A stretch of 64,000 bases of DNA from Eledone cirrhosa (lineage: Eukaryota). This document shows positions 27,509-41,499 of the stretch, one piece after another. The notes under the pieces are model-generated. The model worked only from the letters and a program-made list of their open reading frames with translations. It was not told where the DNA came from and ran no database searches. How positions within the stretch are numbered: position 1 is the stretch's first letter; every line of letters begins with the position of its first letter. The position numbers were made by a program, and so were the translations under genes. The stretch is from contig OZ024744.1 of NCBI GenBank assembly GCA_964016885.1, forward strand, positions 23,498,001 to 23,562,000. Reading direction: 5' to 3'.

Positions 27509-29919
27509 AATCTTAAGATAAAACTCGTTTTAACAACAGTTGAATCTTAAGATAAAACTCGTTTTAACAACAGTGGAATCTTAAGAACTGACTCGTTTTA
27601 ATAACAGTTGAATCTTAAGATAAAACTCGTTTTAACAACAGTTGAATCTCAAGAACTGACTCGTTTTAACAACAGCTGAATCTTAAGATAAAACTCGTTT
27701 TAACGACAGTTGAATCTTAACAACTGACTCGTTTTATCAACAGTTCAACCTTAAGAACTGACTCATTTTAACAACAGTTGAATCTTCAAATAAAACTCGT
27801 TTTAACAACAGTTGAATCTTAAGAACTGATTCGTTTTAACAACAGCTGAATCTTAAGATAAACTCGTTTTAACAACAGTTGAATCTTAAGATAAACCTCG
27901 TTTTAACAACATTTGAATCTTAAGAACTGACTCGTTTTAACAACAGCTGAATCTTAAGATAAAACTCTTTTTAACAACAGTTGAACCTTAAGAACTGACT
28001 CGTTTTATCAACAGTTCAACCTTAAGCACTGACTCGTTTTAACAACAGTGGAATCTTCAAATAAAACTCGTTTTAACAACAGTTGATTCTTCAGAACTGA
28101 CTCGTTTTAACAACAGTTGAATCTTAAGATAAAACTCGTTTTAACAACAGTTGAATCTTAAGAACTGACTCGTTTTAATAACAGTTGAATCTTAAGATAA
28201 AACTCGTTTTAACAACAGTTGAATCTTAAGAACTGACTCGTTTTAACAACAGCTGAATCTTAAGATAAAACTCTTTTTAACAACAGTTGAATCTTAAGAA
28301 CTGACTCGTTTTATCAACAGTTCAACCTTAAGCACTGACTCGTTTTAACAACAGTGGAATCTTCAAATAAAGCTCGTTTTAACAACAGTTGATTCTTCAG
28401 AACTGACTCGTTTTAACAACAGTTGAATCTTAAGATAAAACTCGTTTTAACAACAGTTGAATCTTAAGAAGTGACTCATTTTAACAACAGCTGAATCTCT
28501 AGATAAAACTCGTTATAACAACAGTTGAATCTTAAGGTAAAATTTGTTTTAACAACAGTTGAATCTTAAGAACTGACTCGTTTTAACAACAGCTGAATCT
28601 TAAGATAAAACTCGTTTTAACAACAGTTGAATCTTAAGAACTGACTCGTTTTATCAACAGTTCAACCTTAAGCACTGACTCGTTTTAACAACAGTTGAAT
28701 CTTCAAATAAAACTCGTTTTAACAACAGTTGAATCTTAAGAACTGACTCATTTTAACAACAGTTGAATCTTAAGATAAAACTCGTTTTAACAACAGTTGA
28801 ATCTTAAGAACTGACTCGTTTTAACAACAGTTCAACCTTAAGAACTGACTCGTTTTAACAACAGTTGAATCTTAAGATGAAACTCGTTTTAACAACAGTT
28901 GAATCTTAAGAACTGACTCATTTTAACAACAGTTGAATCTTAAGAACTGATTCGTTTTAACAACAGTTGACTCTTAAGAACTGATTCGTTTTAACAACAG
29001 CTGAATCTTAAGATAAAACTCGTTTTAACAACAGTTGAATCTTAGGATAAAATTCGTTTTAACAACAGTTGAATCTTAAGAACTGACTCGTTTTAACAAC
29101 AGCTGAATCTTAAGATAAAACTCGTTTTAACAACAGTTGAATCTTAAGAACTGACTCGTTTTATCAACAGTTCAACCTTAAGAACTGACTCGTTTTAACA
29201 ACAGTTGAATCCTCAAATAAAACTCGTTTTAACAACAGTTGAATCTTAAGAACTGACTCGTTATAACAACAGTTGAATCTTAAGAACTGACTCGTTTTAA
29301 CAACAGTTCAACCTTAAGAACTGACTCGTTTTAACAACAGTTGAATCTTAAGAACTGACTCGTTTTAACAACAGTTCAACCTTAAGAACTGACTCGTTTT
29401 AACAACAGTTGAATCTTAAGAACTGACTCGTTTTAACAACAGTTCAACCTTAAGAACTGACTCGTTTTAACAACAGTTGAATCTTAAAATAAAACTCGTT
29501 TTAACTACAGTTGAATCTTAAGAACTGACTCGTTTTAACAACAGTTGAATCTTAAGATAAAACTCGTTTTAACAACAGTTGAATCTTAAGAACTGACTCA
29601 TTTTAACAACAGTTGAATCTTAAGAACTGATTCGTTTTAACAACAGTTGAATCTTCAGATAAAACTCGTTTTAACAACAGTTGAATCTTGAGAACTGACT
29701 CGTTTTAACAACAGCTGAATCTTAAGATAAAACTCGTTTTACAACAGTTGAATCTTAAGAACTGACTCGTTTTATCAACAGTTCAACCTTAAGAACTGAC
29801 TCATTTTAACAACAGTTGAATATTCAAATAAAACTCGTTTTAACAACAGTTGAATCTTAATAACTGATTCGTTTTAACAACAGCTGAATCTTAAGATAAA
29901 TTCGTTTTAACAACAGCTG

Positions 29920-30702
29920 AATCTTAAGATAAACCTGGTTTTAACAACATTTGAATCTTAAGAACTGAATTCGTTTTAACAACAGCTGAATCTTAAGATA
30001 AAACTCGTTTTAACAACAGTTGATTCTTAAGAACTGACTCGTTTTATCAACAGTTCAACCTTAAGAACTGACTCGTTTTAACAACAGTTGAATCTTCAAA
30101 TAAAACTCGTTTTAACAACAGTTGAATATTATGATAAAACTCATTTTAACAACAGTTGATTCTTAAGATAAAACTCGTTTTAACAACAGTTGATTCTTAA
30201 GAACTGACTCGTTTTAACAACAGCTGAATCTTAAGATAAAACTCGTTTTAACAACAGTTGAATCTTAAGATAAAATTCGTTTTAACAATAGTTGAACGTT
30301 AAGAACTGGTTTGTTTTAACAACAGTTGGATCTTAAGATAAAACTCGTTTTAACAACAGTTGAATCTTAAGAACTGACTCGTTTTAACAACTGTTGAATC
30401 TTAAGAACTGACTCGTTTTATCAACAGTTCAAACTTAAGAACTGACTCGTTTTAACAACAGTTGAATCTTCAAATAAAACTCGTTTTAACAACAGTTGAA
30501 TCTTAAGAACTGACTCGTTTTAACAACAGTTGAATCTTAAGATAAAACTCGTTTTAACAACAGTTGAATCTTAAGAACTGACTCGTTTTATCAACAGTTC
30601 AACCTTAATAACTGAATCGTTTTAACAACAGTTGAATCTTCAAATTAAACTCGTTTTAACAACAGTTGAATCATAAGAACTGATTCGTTTTAACAACAGT
30701 TG
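29920..30702. repeat. Diverged landmark block P, copy 2
   Basis: GAATTC 29967, AACGTT 30295, AACCTTAATAAC 30601. Confidence 0.9.
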
Positions 30703-32603
30703 AATCTTAAGATAAAACTCGTTTTAACAACAGTTGAATCTTAAGAACTGACTCGTTTTAATAACAGTTGAATCTTAAGATAAAACTCGTTTTAACAACA
30801 GTTGAATCTTAAGAACTGACTCGTTTTAACAACAGCTGAATCTTAAGATAAAACTCGTTTTAACGACAGTTGAATCTTAAGAACTGACTCGTTTTATCAA
30901 CAGTTCAACCTTAAGAACTGACTCATTTTAACAACAGTTGAATCTTCAAATAAAACTCGTTTTAACAACAGTTGAATCTTAAGAACTGATTCGTTTTAAC
31001 AACAGCTGAATCTTAAGATAAACTCGTTTTAACAACAGTTGAATCTTAAGATAAACCTCGTTTTAACAACATTTGAATCTTAAGAACTGATTCGTTTTAA
31101 CAACAGCTGAATCTTAAGATAAACTCGTTTTAACAACAGTTGAATCTTAAGATAAACCTCGTTTTAACAACAGTTGAATCTTAAGAACTGACTCGTTTTA
31201 ATAACAGTTGAATGTTAAGATAAAACTCGTTTTAACAACAGTTGAATCTTAAGAACTGACTCGTGTTAACAACAGCTGAATCTTAAGATAAAACTCTTTT
31301 TAACAACAGTTGAATCTTAAGAACTGACTCGTTTTATCAACAGTTCAACCTTAAGCACTGACTCGTTTTAACAACAGTGGAATCTTCAAATAAAACTCGT
31401 TTTAACAACAGTTGATTCTTCAGAACTGACTCGTTTTAACAACAGTTGAATCTTAAGATAAAACTCGTTTTAACAACAGTTGAATCTTAAGAAGTGACTC
31501 ATTTTAACAACAGCTGAATCTTAAGATAAAACTCGTTTTAACAACAGTTGAATCTTAAGAACTGACTCGTTTTATCAACAGTTCAACCTTAAGCACTGAC
31601 TCGTTTTAACAACAGTTGAATCTTCAAATAAAACTCGTTTTAACAACAGTTGAATCTTAAGAACTGACTCATTTTAACAACAGTTGAATCTTAAGATAAA
31701 ACTCGTTTTAACAACAGTTGAATCTTAAGAACTGACTCGTTTTAACAACAGTTCAACCTTAAGAACTGACTCGTTTTAACAACAGTTGAATCTTAAGATG
31801 AAACTCGTTTTAACAACAGTTGAATCTTAAGAACTGACTCATTTTAACAACAGTTGAATCTTAAGAACTGATTCGTTTTAACAACAGTTGACTCTTAAGA
31901 ACTGATTCGTTTTAACAACAGCTGAATCTTAAGATAAAACTCGTTTTAACAACAGTTGAATCGTAGGATAAAATTCGTTTTAACAACAGTTGAATCTTAA
32001 GAACTGACTCGTTTTAACAACAGCTGAATCTTAAGATAAAACTCGTTTTAACAACAGTTGAATCTTAAGAACTGACTCGTTTTATCAACAGTTCAACCTT
32101 AAGAACTGACTCGTTTTAACAACAGTTGAATCCTCAAATAAAACTCGTTTTAACAACAGTTGAATCTTAAGAACTGACTCGTTATAACAACAGTTGAATC
32201 TTAAGAACTGACTCGTTTTAACAACAGTTCAACCTTAAGAACTGACTCGTTTTAACAACAGTTGAATCTTAAGAACTGACTCGTTTTAACAACAGTTCAA
32301 CCTTAAGAACTGACTCGTTTTAACAACAGTTGAATCTTAAGAACTGACTCGTTTTAACAACAGTTCAACCTTAAGAACTGACTCGTTTTAACAACAGTTG
32401 AATCTTCAAATAAAACTCGTTTTAACTACAGTTGAATCTTAAGAACTGACTCGTTTTAACAACAGTTGAATCTTAAGATAAAACTCGTTTTAACAACAGT
32501 TGAATCTTAAGAACTGACTCATTTTAACAACAGTTGAATCTTAAGAACTGATTCGTTTTAACAACAGCTGAATCTTAAGATAAACTCGTTTTAACAACAG
32601 CTG

Positions 32604-33386
32604 AATCTTAAGATAAACCTGGTTTTAACAACATTTGAATCTTAAGAACTGAATTCGTTTTAACAACAGCTGAATCTTAAGATAAAACTCGTTTTAACAA
32701 CAGTTGATTCTTAAGAACTGACTCGTTTTATCAACAGTTCAACCTTAAGAACTGACTCGTTTTAACAACAGTTGAATCTTCAAATAAAACTCGTTTTAAC
32801 AACAGTTGAATATTATGATAAAACTCATTTTAATAACAGTTGATTCTTAAGATAAAATTCGTTTTAACAACAGTTGATTCTTAAGAACTGACTCGTTTTA
32901 ACAACAGCTGAATCTTAAGATAAAACTCGTTTTAACAACAGTTGAATCTTAAGATAAAATTCGTTTTAACAATAGTTGAACGTTAAGAACTGGTTTGTTG
33001 TAACAACAGTTGGATCTTAAGATAAAACTCGTTTTAACAACAGTTGAATCTTAAGAACTGACTCGTTTTAACAACTGTTGAATCTTAAGAACTGACTCGT
33101 TTTATCAACAGTTCAACCTTAAGAACTGACTCGTTTTAACAACAGTTGAATCTTCAAATAAAACTCGTTTTAACAACAGTTGAATCTTAAGAACTGACTC
33201 GTTTTAACAACAGTTGAATCTTAAGATAAAACTCGTTTTAACAACAGTTGAATCTTAAGAACTGACTCGTTTTATCAACAGTTCAACCTTAATAACTGAA
33301 TCGTTTTAACAACAGTTGAATCTTCAAATTAAACTCGTTTTAACAACAGTTGAATCATAAGAACTGATTCGTTTTAACAACAGTTG
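32604..33386. repeat. Diverged landmark block P, copy 3
   Basis: GAATTC 32651, AACGTT 32979, AACCTTAATAAC 33285. Confidence 0.9.
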
Positions 33387-35423
33387 AATCTTAAGATAAA
33401 ACTCGTTTTAACAACAGTTGAATCTTAAGATAAAACTCGTTTTAACAACAGTGGAATCTTAAGAACTGACTCGTTTTAATAACAGTTGAATCTTAAGATA
33501 AAACTCGTTTTAACAACAGTTGAATCTTAAGAACTGACTCGTTTTAACAACAGCTGAATCTTAAGATAAAACTCGTTTTAACGACAGTTGAATCTTAACA
33601 ACTGACTCGTTTTATCAACAGTTCAACCTTAAGAACTGACTCATTTTAACAACAGTTGAATCTTCAAATAAAACTCGTTTTAACAACAGTTGAATCTTAA
33701 GAACTGATTCGTTTTAACAACAGCTGAATCTTAAGATAAACTCGTTTTAACAACAGTTGAATCTTAAGATAAACCTCGTTTTAACAACATTTGAATCTTA
33801 AGAACTGACTCGTTTTAACAACAGCTGAATCTTAAGATAAAACTCTTTTTAACAACAGTTGAATCTTAAGAACTGACTCGTTTTATCAACAGTTCAACCT
33901 TAAGCACTGACTCGTTTTAACAACAGTGGAATCTTCAAATAAAATTCGTTTTAACAACAGTTGATTCTTCAGAACTGACTCGTTTTAACAACAGTTGAAT
34001 CTTAAGATAAAACTCGTTTTAACAACAGTTGAATCTTAAGAAGTGACTCATTTTAACAACAGCTGAATCTCTAGATAAAACTCGTTATAACAACAGTTGA
34101 ATCTTAAGGTAAAATTTGTTTTAACAACAGTTGAATATTAAGAACTGACTCGTTTTAACAACAGCTGAATCTTAAGATAAAACTCGTTTTAACAACAGTT
34201 GAATCTTAAGAACTGACTCGTTTTATCAACAGTTCAACCTTAAGCACTGACTCGTTTTAACAACAGTTGAATCTTCAAATAAAACTCGTTTTAACAACAG
34301 TTGAATCTTAAGAACTGACTCATTTTAACAACAGTTGAATCTTAAGATAAAACTCGTTTTAACAACAGTTGAATCTTAAGAACTGACTCGTTTTAACAAC
34401 AGTTCAACCTTAAGAACTGACTCGTTTTAACAACAGTTGAATCTTAAGATGAAACTCGTTTTAACAACAGTTGAATCTTAAGAACTGACTCATTTTAACA
34501 ACAGTTGAATCTTAAGAACTGATTCGTTTTAACAACAGTTGACTCTTAAGAACTGATTCGTTTTAACAACAGCTGAATCTTAAGATAAAACTCGTTTTAA
34601 CAACAGTTGAATCTTAGGATAAAATTCGTTTTAACAACAGTTGAATCTTAAGAACTGACTCGTTTTAACAACAGCTGAATCTTAAGATAAAACTCGTTTT
34701 AACAACAGTTGAATCTTAAGAACTGACTCGTTTTATCAACAGTTCAACCTTAAGAACTGACTCGTTTTAACAACAGTTGAATCCTCAAATAAAACTCGTT
34801 TTAACAACAGTTGAATCTTAAGAACTGACTCGTTATAACAACAGTTGAATCTTAAGAACTGACTCGTTTTAACAACAGTTCAACCTTAAGAACTGACTCG
34901 TTTTAACAACAGTTGAATCTTAAGAACTGACTCGTTTTAACAACAGTTCAACCTTAAGAACTGACTCGTTTTAACAACAGTTGAATCTTCAAATAAAACT
35001 CGTTTTAACTACAGTTGAATCTTAAGAACTGACTCGTTTTAACAACAGTTGAATCTTAAGATAAAACTCGTTTTAACAACAGTTGAATCTTAAGAACTGA
35101 CTCATTTTAACAACAGTTGAATCTTAAGAACTGATTCGTTTTAACAACAGTTGAATCTTCAGATAAAACTCCTTTTAACAACAGTTGAATCTTGAGAACT
35201 GACTCGTTTTAACAACAGCTGAATCTTAAGATAAAACTCGTTTTACAACAGTTGAATCTTAAGAACTGACTCGTTTTATCAACAGTTCAACCTTAAGAAC
35301 TGACTCATTTTAACAACAGTTGAATATTCAAATAAAACTCGTTTTAACAACAGTTGAATCTTAATAACTGATTCGTTTTAACAACAGCTGAATCTTAAGA
35401 TAAATTCGTTTTAACAACAGCTG

Positions 35424-36240
35424 AATCTTAAGATAAACCTGGTTTTAACAACATTTGAATCTTAAGAACTGAATTCGTTTTAACAACAGCTGAATCTTAA
35501 GATAAAACTCGTTTTAACAACAGTTGAATCTTAAGATAAAATTCGTTTTAACAACAGTTGATTCTTAAGAACTGACTCGTTTTATCAACAGTTCAACCTT
35601 AAGAACTGACTCGTTTTAACAACAGTTGAATCTTCAAATAAAACTCGTTTTAACAACAGTTGAATATTATGATAAAACTCATTTTAACAACAGTTGATTC
35701 TTAAGATAAAACTCGTTTTAACAACAGTTGATTCTTAAGAACTGACTCGTTTTAACAACAGCTGAATCTTAAGATAAAACTCGTTTTAACAACAGTTGAA
35801 TCTTAAGATAAAATTCGTTTTAACAATAGTTGAACGTTAAGAACTGGTTTGTTTTAACAACAGTTGGATCTTAAGATAAAACTCGTTTTAACAACAGTTG
35901 AATCTTAAGAACTGACTCGTTTTAACAACTGTTGAATCTTAAGAACTGACTCGTTTTATCAACAGTTCAACCTTAAGAACTGACTCGTTTTAACAACAGT
36001 TGAATCTTCAAATAAAACTCGTTTTAACAACAGTTGAATCTTAAGAACTGACTCGTTTTAACAACAGTTGAATCTTAAGATAAAACTCGTTTTAACAACA
36101 GTTGAATCTTAAGAACTGACTCGTTTTATCAAAAGTTCAACCTTAATAACTGAATCGTTTTAACAACAGTTGAATCTTCAAATTAAACTCGTTTTAACAA
36201 CAGTTGAATCATAAGAACTGATTCGTTTTAACAACAGTTG
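35424..36240. repeat. Diverged landmark block P, copy 4 (one extra monomer)
   Basis: GAATTC 35471, AACGTT 35833, AACCTTAATAAC 36139. Confidence 0.9.
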
Positions 36241-38480
36241 AATCTTAAGATAAAACTCGTTTTAACAACAGTTGAATCTTAAGAACTGACTCGTTTTAAT
36301 AACAGTTGAATCTTAAGATAAAACTCGTTTTAACAACAGTTGAATCTTAAGAACTGACTCGTTTTAACAACAGCTGAATCTTAAGATAAAACTCGTTTTA
36401 ACGACAGTTGAATCTTAAGAACTGACTCGTTTTATCAACAGTTCAACCTTAAGAACTGACTCATTTTAACAACAGTTGAATCTTCAAATAAAACTCGTTT
36501 TAACAACAGTTGAATCTTAAGAACTGATTCGTTTTAACAACAGCTGAATCTTAAGATAAACTCGTTTTAACAACAGTTGAATCTTAAGATAAACCTCGTT
36601 TTAACAACATTTGAATCTTAAGAACTGATTCGTTTTAACAACAGCTGAATCTTAAGATAAACTCGTTTTAACAACAGTTGAATCTTAAGATAAACCTCGT
36701 TTTAACAACAGTTGAATCTTAAGAACTGACTCGTTTTAATAACAGTTGAATCTTAAGATAAAACTCGTTTTAACAACAGTTGAATCTTAAGAACTGACTC
36801 GTTTTAACAACAGCTGAATCTTAAGATAAAACTCTTTTTAACAACAGTTGAATCTTAAGAACTGACTCGTTTTATCAACAGTTCAACCTTAAGCACTGAC
36901 TCGTTTTAACAACAGTGGAATCTTCAAATAAAACTCGTTTTAACAACAGTTGATTCTTCAGAACTGACTCGTTTTAACAACAGTTGAATCTTAAGATAAA
37001 ACTCGTTTTAACAACAGTTGAATCTTAAGAAGTGACTCATTTTAACAACAGCTGAATCTCTAGATAAAACTCGTTATAACAACAGTTGAATCTTAAGGTA
37101 AAATTTGTTTTAACAACAGTTGAATCTTAAGAACTGACTCGTTTTAACAACAGCTGAATCTTAAGATAAAACTCGTTTTAACAACAGTTGAATCTTAAGA
37201 ACTGACTCGTTTTATCAACAGTTCAACCTTAAGCACTGACTCGTTTTAACAACAGTTGAATCTTCAAATAAAACTCGTTTTAACAACAGTTGAATCTTAA
37301 GAACTGACTCATTTTAACAACAGTTGAATCTTAAGATAAAACTCGTTTTAACAACAGTTGAATCTTAAGAACTGACTCGTTTTAACAACAGTTCAACCTT
37401 AAGAATTGACTCGTTTTAACAACAGTTGAATCTTAAGATAAAACTCGTTTTAACAACAGTTGAATCTTAAGAACTGACTCATTTTAACAACAGTTGAATC
37501 TTAAGAACTGATTCGTTTTAACAACAGTTGACTCTTAAGAACTGATTCGTTTTAACAACAGCTGAATCTTAAGATAAAACTCGTTTTAACAACAGTTGAA
37601 TCGTAGGATAAAATTCGTTTTAACAACAGTTGAATCTTAAGAACTGACTCGTTTTAACAACAGCTGAATCTTAAGATAAAACTCGTTTTAACAACAGTTG
37701 AATCTTAAGAACTGACTCGTTTTATCAACAGTTCAACCTTAAGAAATGACTCGTTTTAACAACAGTTGAATCCTCAAATAAAACTCGTTTTAACAATAGT
37801 TGAATCTTAAGAACTGACTCGTTATAACAACAGTTGAATCTTAAGAACTGACTCGTTTTAACAACAGTTCAACCTTAAGAACTGACTCGTTTTAACAACA
37901 GTTGAATCTTAAGAACTGACTCGTTTTAACAACAGTTCAACCTTAAGAACTGACTCGTTTTAACAACAGTTGAATCTTAAGAACTGACTCGTTTTAACAA
38001 CAGTTCAACCTTAAGAACTGACTCGTTTTAACAACAGTTGAATCTTCAAATAAAACTCGTTTTAACTACAGTTGAATCTTAAGAACTGACTCGTTTTAAC
38101 AACAGTTGAATCTTAAGATAAAACTCGTTTTAACAACAGTTGAATCTTAAGAACTGACTCATTTTAACAACAGTTGAATCTTAAGAACTGATTCGTTTTA
38201 ACAACAGTTGAATCTTCAGATAAAACTCGTTTTAACAACAGTTGAATCTTGAGAACTGACTCGTTTTAACAACAGCTGAATCTTAAGATAAAACTCGTTT
38301 TACAACAGTTGAATCTTAAGAACTGACTCGTTTTATCAACAGTTCAACCTTAAGAACTGACTCATTTTAACAACAGTTGAATATTCAAATAAAACTCGTT
38401 TTAACAACAGTTGAATCTTAATAACTGATTCGTTTTATCAACAGCTGAATCTTAAGATAAATTCGTTTTAACAACAGCTG

Positions 38481-39229
38481 AATCTTAAGATAAACCTGGT
38501 TTTAACAACATTTGAATCTTAAGAACTGAATTCGTTTTAACAACAGCTGAATCTTAAGATAAAACTCGTTTTAACAACAGTTGATTCTTAAGAACTGACT
38601 CGTTTTATCAACAGTTCAACCTTAAGAACTGATTCGTTTTAACAACAGTTGAATCTTCAAATAAAACTCGTTTTAACAACAGTTGAATATTATGATAAAA
38701 CTCATTTTAACAACAGTTGATTCTTAAGATAAAACTCGTTTTAACAACAGTTGATTCTTAAGAACTGACTCGTTTTAACAACAGCTGAATCTTAAGATAA
38801 AACTCGTTTTAACAACAGTTGAATCTTAAGATAAAATTCGTTTTAACAATAGTTGAACGTTAAGAACTGGTTTGTTTTAACAACAGTTGGATCTTAAGAT
38901 AAAACTCGTTTTAACAACAGTTGAATCTTAAGAACTGACTCGTTTTATCAACAGTTCAACCTTAAGAACTGACTCGTTTTAACAACAGTTGAATCTTCAA
39001 ATAAAACTCGTTTTAACAACAGTTGAATCTTAAGAACTGACTCGTTTTAACAACAGTTGAATCTTAAGATAAAACTCGTTTTAACAACAGTTGAATCTTA
39101 AGAACTGACTCGTTTTATCAACAGTTCAACCTTAATAACTGAATCGTTTTAACAACAGTTGAATCTTCAAATTAAACTCGTTTTAACAACAGTTGAATCA
39201 TAAGAACTGATTCGTTTTAACAACAGTTG
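38481..39229. repeat. Diverged landmark block P, copy 5 (one monomer missing)
   Basis: GAATTC 38528, AACGTT 38856, AACCTTAATAAC 39128. Confidence 0.9.
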
Positions 39230-41499
39230 AATCTTAAGATAAAACTCGTTTTAACAACAGTTGAATCTTAAGAACTGACTCGTTTTAATAACAGTTGAAT
39301 CTTAAGATAAACCTCGTTTTAACAACATTTGAATCTTAAGAACTGATTCGTTTTAACAACAGCTGAATCTTAAGATAAACTCGTTTTAACAACAGTTGAA
39401 TCTTAAGATAAACCTCGTTTTAACAACAGTTGAATCTTAAGAACTGACTCGTTTTATCAACAGTTAAACCTTAAGAACTGACTCATCTTAACAACAGTTG
39501 AATCTTCAAATAAAATTCGTTTTAACAACAGTTGAATCTTAAGAACTGACTCGTTTTAACAACAGTTGAATCTTAAGAACTGACTCATTTTAACAACAGC
39601 TGAATCTTAAGATAAAACTCGTTTTAACAACAGTTGAATCTTAAGATAAAATTCGTTTTAACAACAGTTGAATCTTAAGAACTGACTCGCTTTAACAACA
39701 GCTGAATCTTAAGATAAAACTCGTTTTAACAACAGTTGAATCTTAAGAACTGACTCGTTTTATCAACAGTTCAACCTTAAGCACTGACTCGTTTTAACAA
39801 CAGTTGAATCTTCAAATAAAACTCGTTTTAACAACAGTTGATTCTTCAGAACTGACTCGTTTTAACAACAGTTGAATCTTAAGATAAAACTCGTTTTAAC
39901 AACAGTTGAATCTTAAGAACTGACTCATTTTAACAACAGCTGAATCTCTAGATAAAACTCGTTTTAACAACAGTTGAATCTTAAGAACTGACTCGTTTTA
40001 TCAACAGTTGAATCTTAAGAACTGACTCGTTTTATCAACAGTTCAACCTTAAGAACTGACTCGTTTTAACAACAGTTGAATCCTCAAATAAAACTCGTTT
40101 TAACAACAGTTGAATCTTAATAACTGACTCATTTTAACAACAGTTGAATCTTAAGATAAAACTCGTTTTAACAACAGTTGAATCTTAAGAACTGACTCGT
40201 TTTAACAACGGCTGAATCTTAAGATAAACTCGTTTTAACAACAGTTGAATCTTAAGAACTGACTCGTTTTCTCAGCAGTTCAACCTTAAGAACTGACTCA
40301 TCTTAACAACAGTTGAATCTTCAAATAAAATTCGTTTTAACAACAGTTGAATCTTAAGAACTGATTCGTTTTAACAACAGCTGAATCTTAGGATAAAACT
40401 CGTTTTAACAACAGTTGAATCTTAAGAACTGACTCGTTTTAACAACAGCTGAATCTTAAGATAAAACTCGTTTTAACAACAGTTGAATCTTAAGAACTGA
40501 CTCGTTTTATCAACAGTTCAACCTTAAGCACTGACTCGTTTTAACAACAGTTGAATCTTCAAATAAAACTCGTTTTAACAACAGTTGAATCTTAAGATAA
40601 AACTCGTTTTAACAACAGTTGAATCTTAAGAACTGACTCGTTTTAACAACAGTTCAACCTTAAGAACTGACTCGTTTTAACAACAGTTGAATCTTAAGAT
40701 AAAACTCGTTTTAACAACAGTTGAATCTTAAGAACTGACTCATTTTAACAACAGTTGAATCTTAAGAACTGATTCGTTTTAACAACAGTTGAATCTTCAG
40801 ATAAAACTCGTTTTAACTACAGTTGAATCTTAAGAACTGACTCGTTTTAACAACAGTTGAATCTTAAGATAAAACTCGTTTTAACAACAGTTGAATCTTA
40901 AGAACTGACTCATTTTAACAACAGTTGAATCTTAAGAACTGATTCGTTTTAACAACAGTTGAATCTTAAGATAAAACTCGTTTTAACAACAGTTGAATCT
41001 TAAGAACTGACTCGTTTTAATAACAGCTGAATCTTAAGATAAAACTCGTTTTACAACAGTTGAATCTTAAGAACTGACTCGTTTTATCAACAGTTCAACC
41101 TTAAGAACTGACTCATCTTAACAACAGTTGAATCTTCAAATAAAACTCGTTTTAACAACAGTTGAATCTTAAGAACTGATTCGTTTTAACAACAGCTGAA
41201 TCGTAAGATAAAACTCGTTTTAACAACAGTTGAATCTTAAGATAAAATTCGTTTTAACAACAGTTGAATCTTAAGAACTGACTCGTTTTAACAACAGCTG
41301 AATCTTAAGATAAAACTCGTTTTATCAACAGTTCAACCTTAAGAACTGACTCGTTTTAACAACAGTTGAATCCTCAAATAAAACTCGTTTTAACAACAGT
41401 TGAATCTTAAGAACTGACTCGTTTTAACAATAGTTGAATCTTAAGATAAAACTCGTTTTAACAACAGTTGAATCTTAAGAACTGACTCATTTTAACAAC

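Noticed and set aside
27101-38856. P-to-P spacings of 94, 79, 84 and 89 monomers, all differing by multiples of 5 (170 bp)
   Set aside because: This holds only for the AACGTT marker. EcoRI-site spacings give 94, 79, 83 and 90 monomers, and the distal pair gives 98, so it is probably coincidence.
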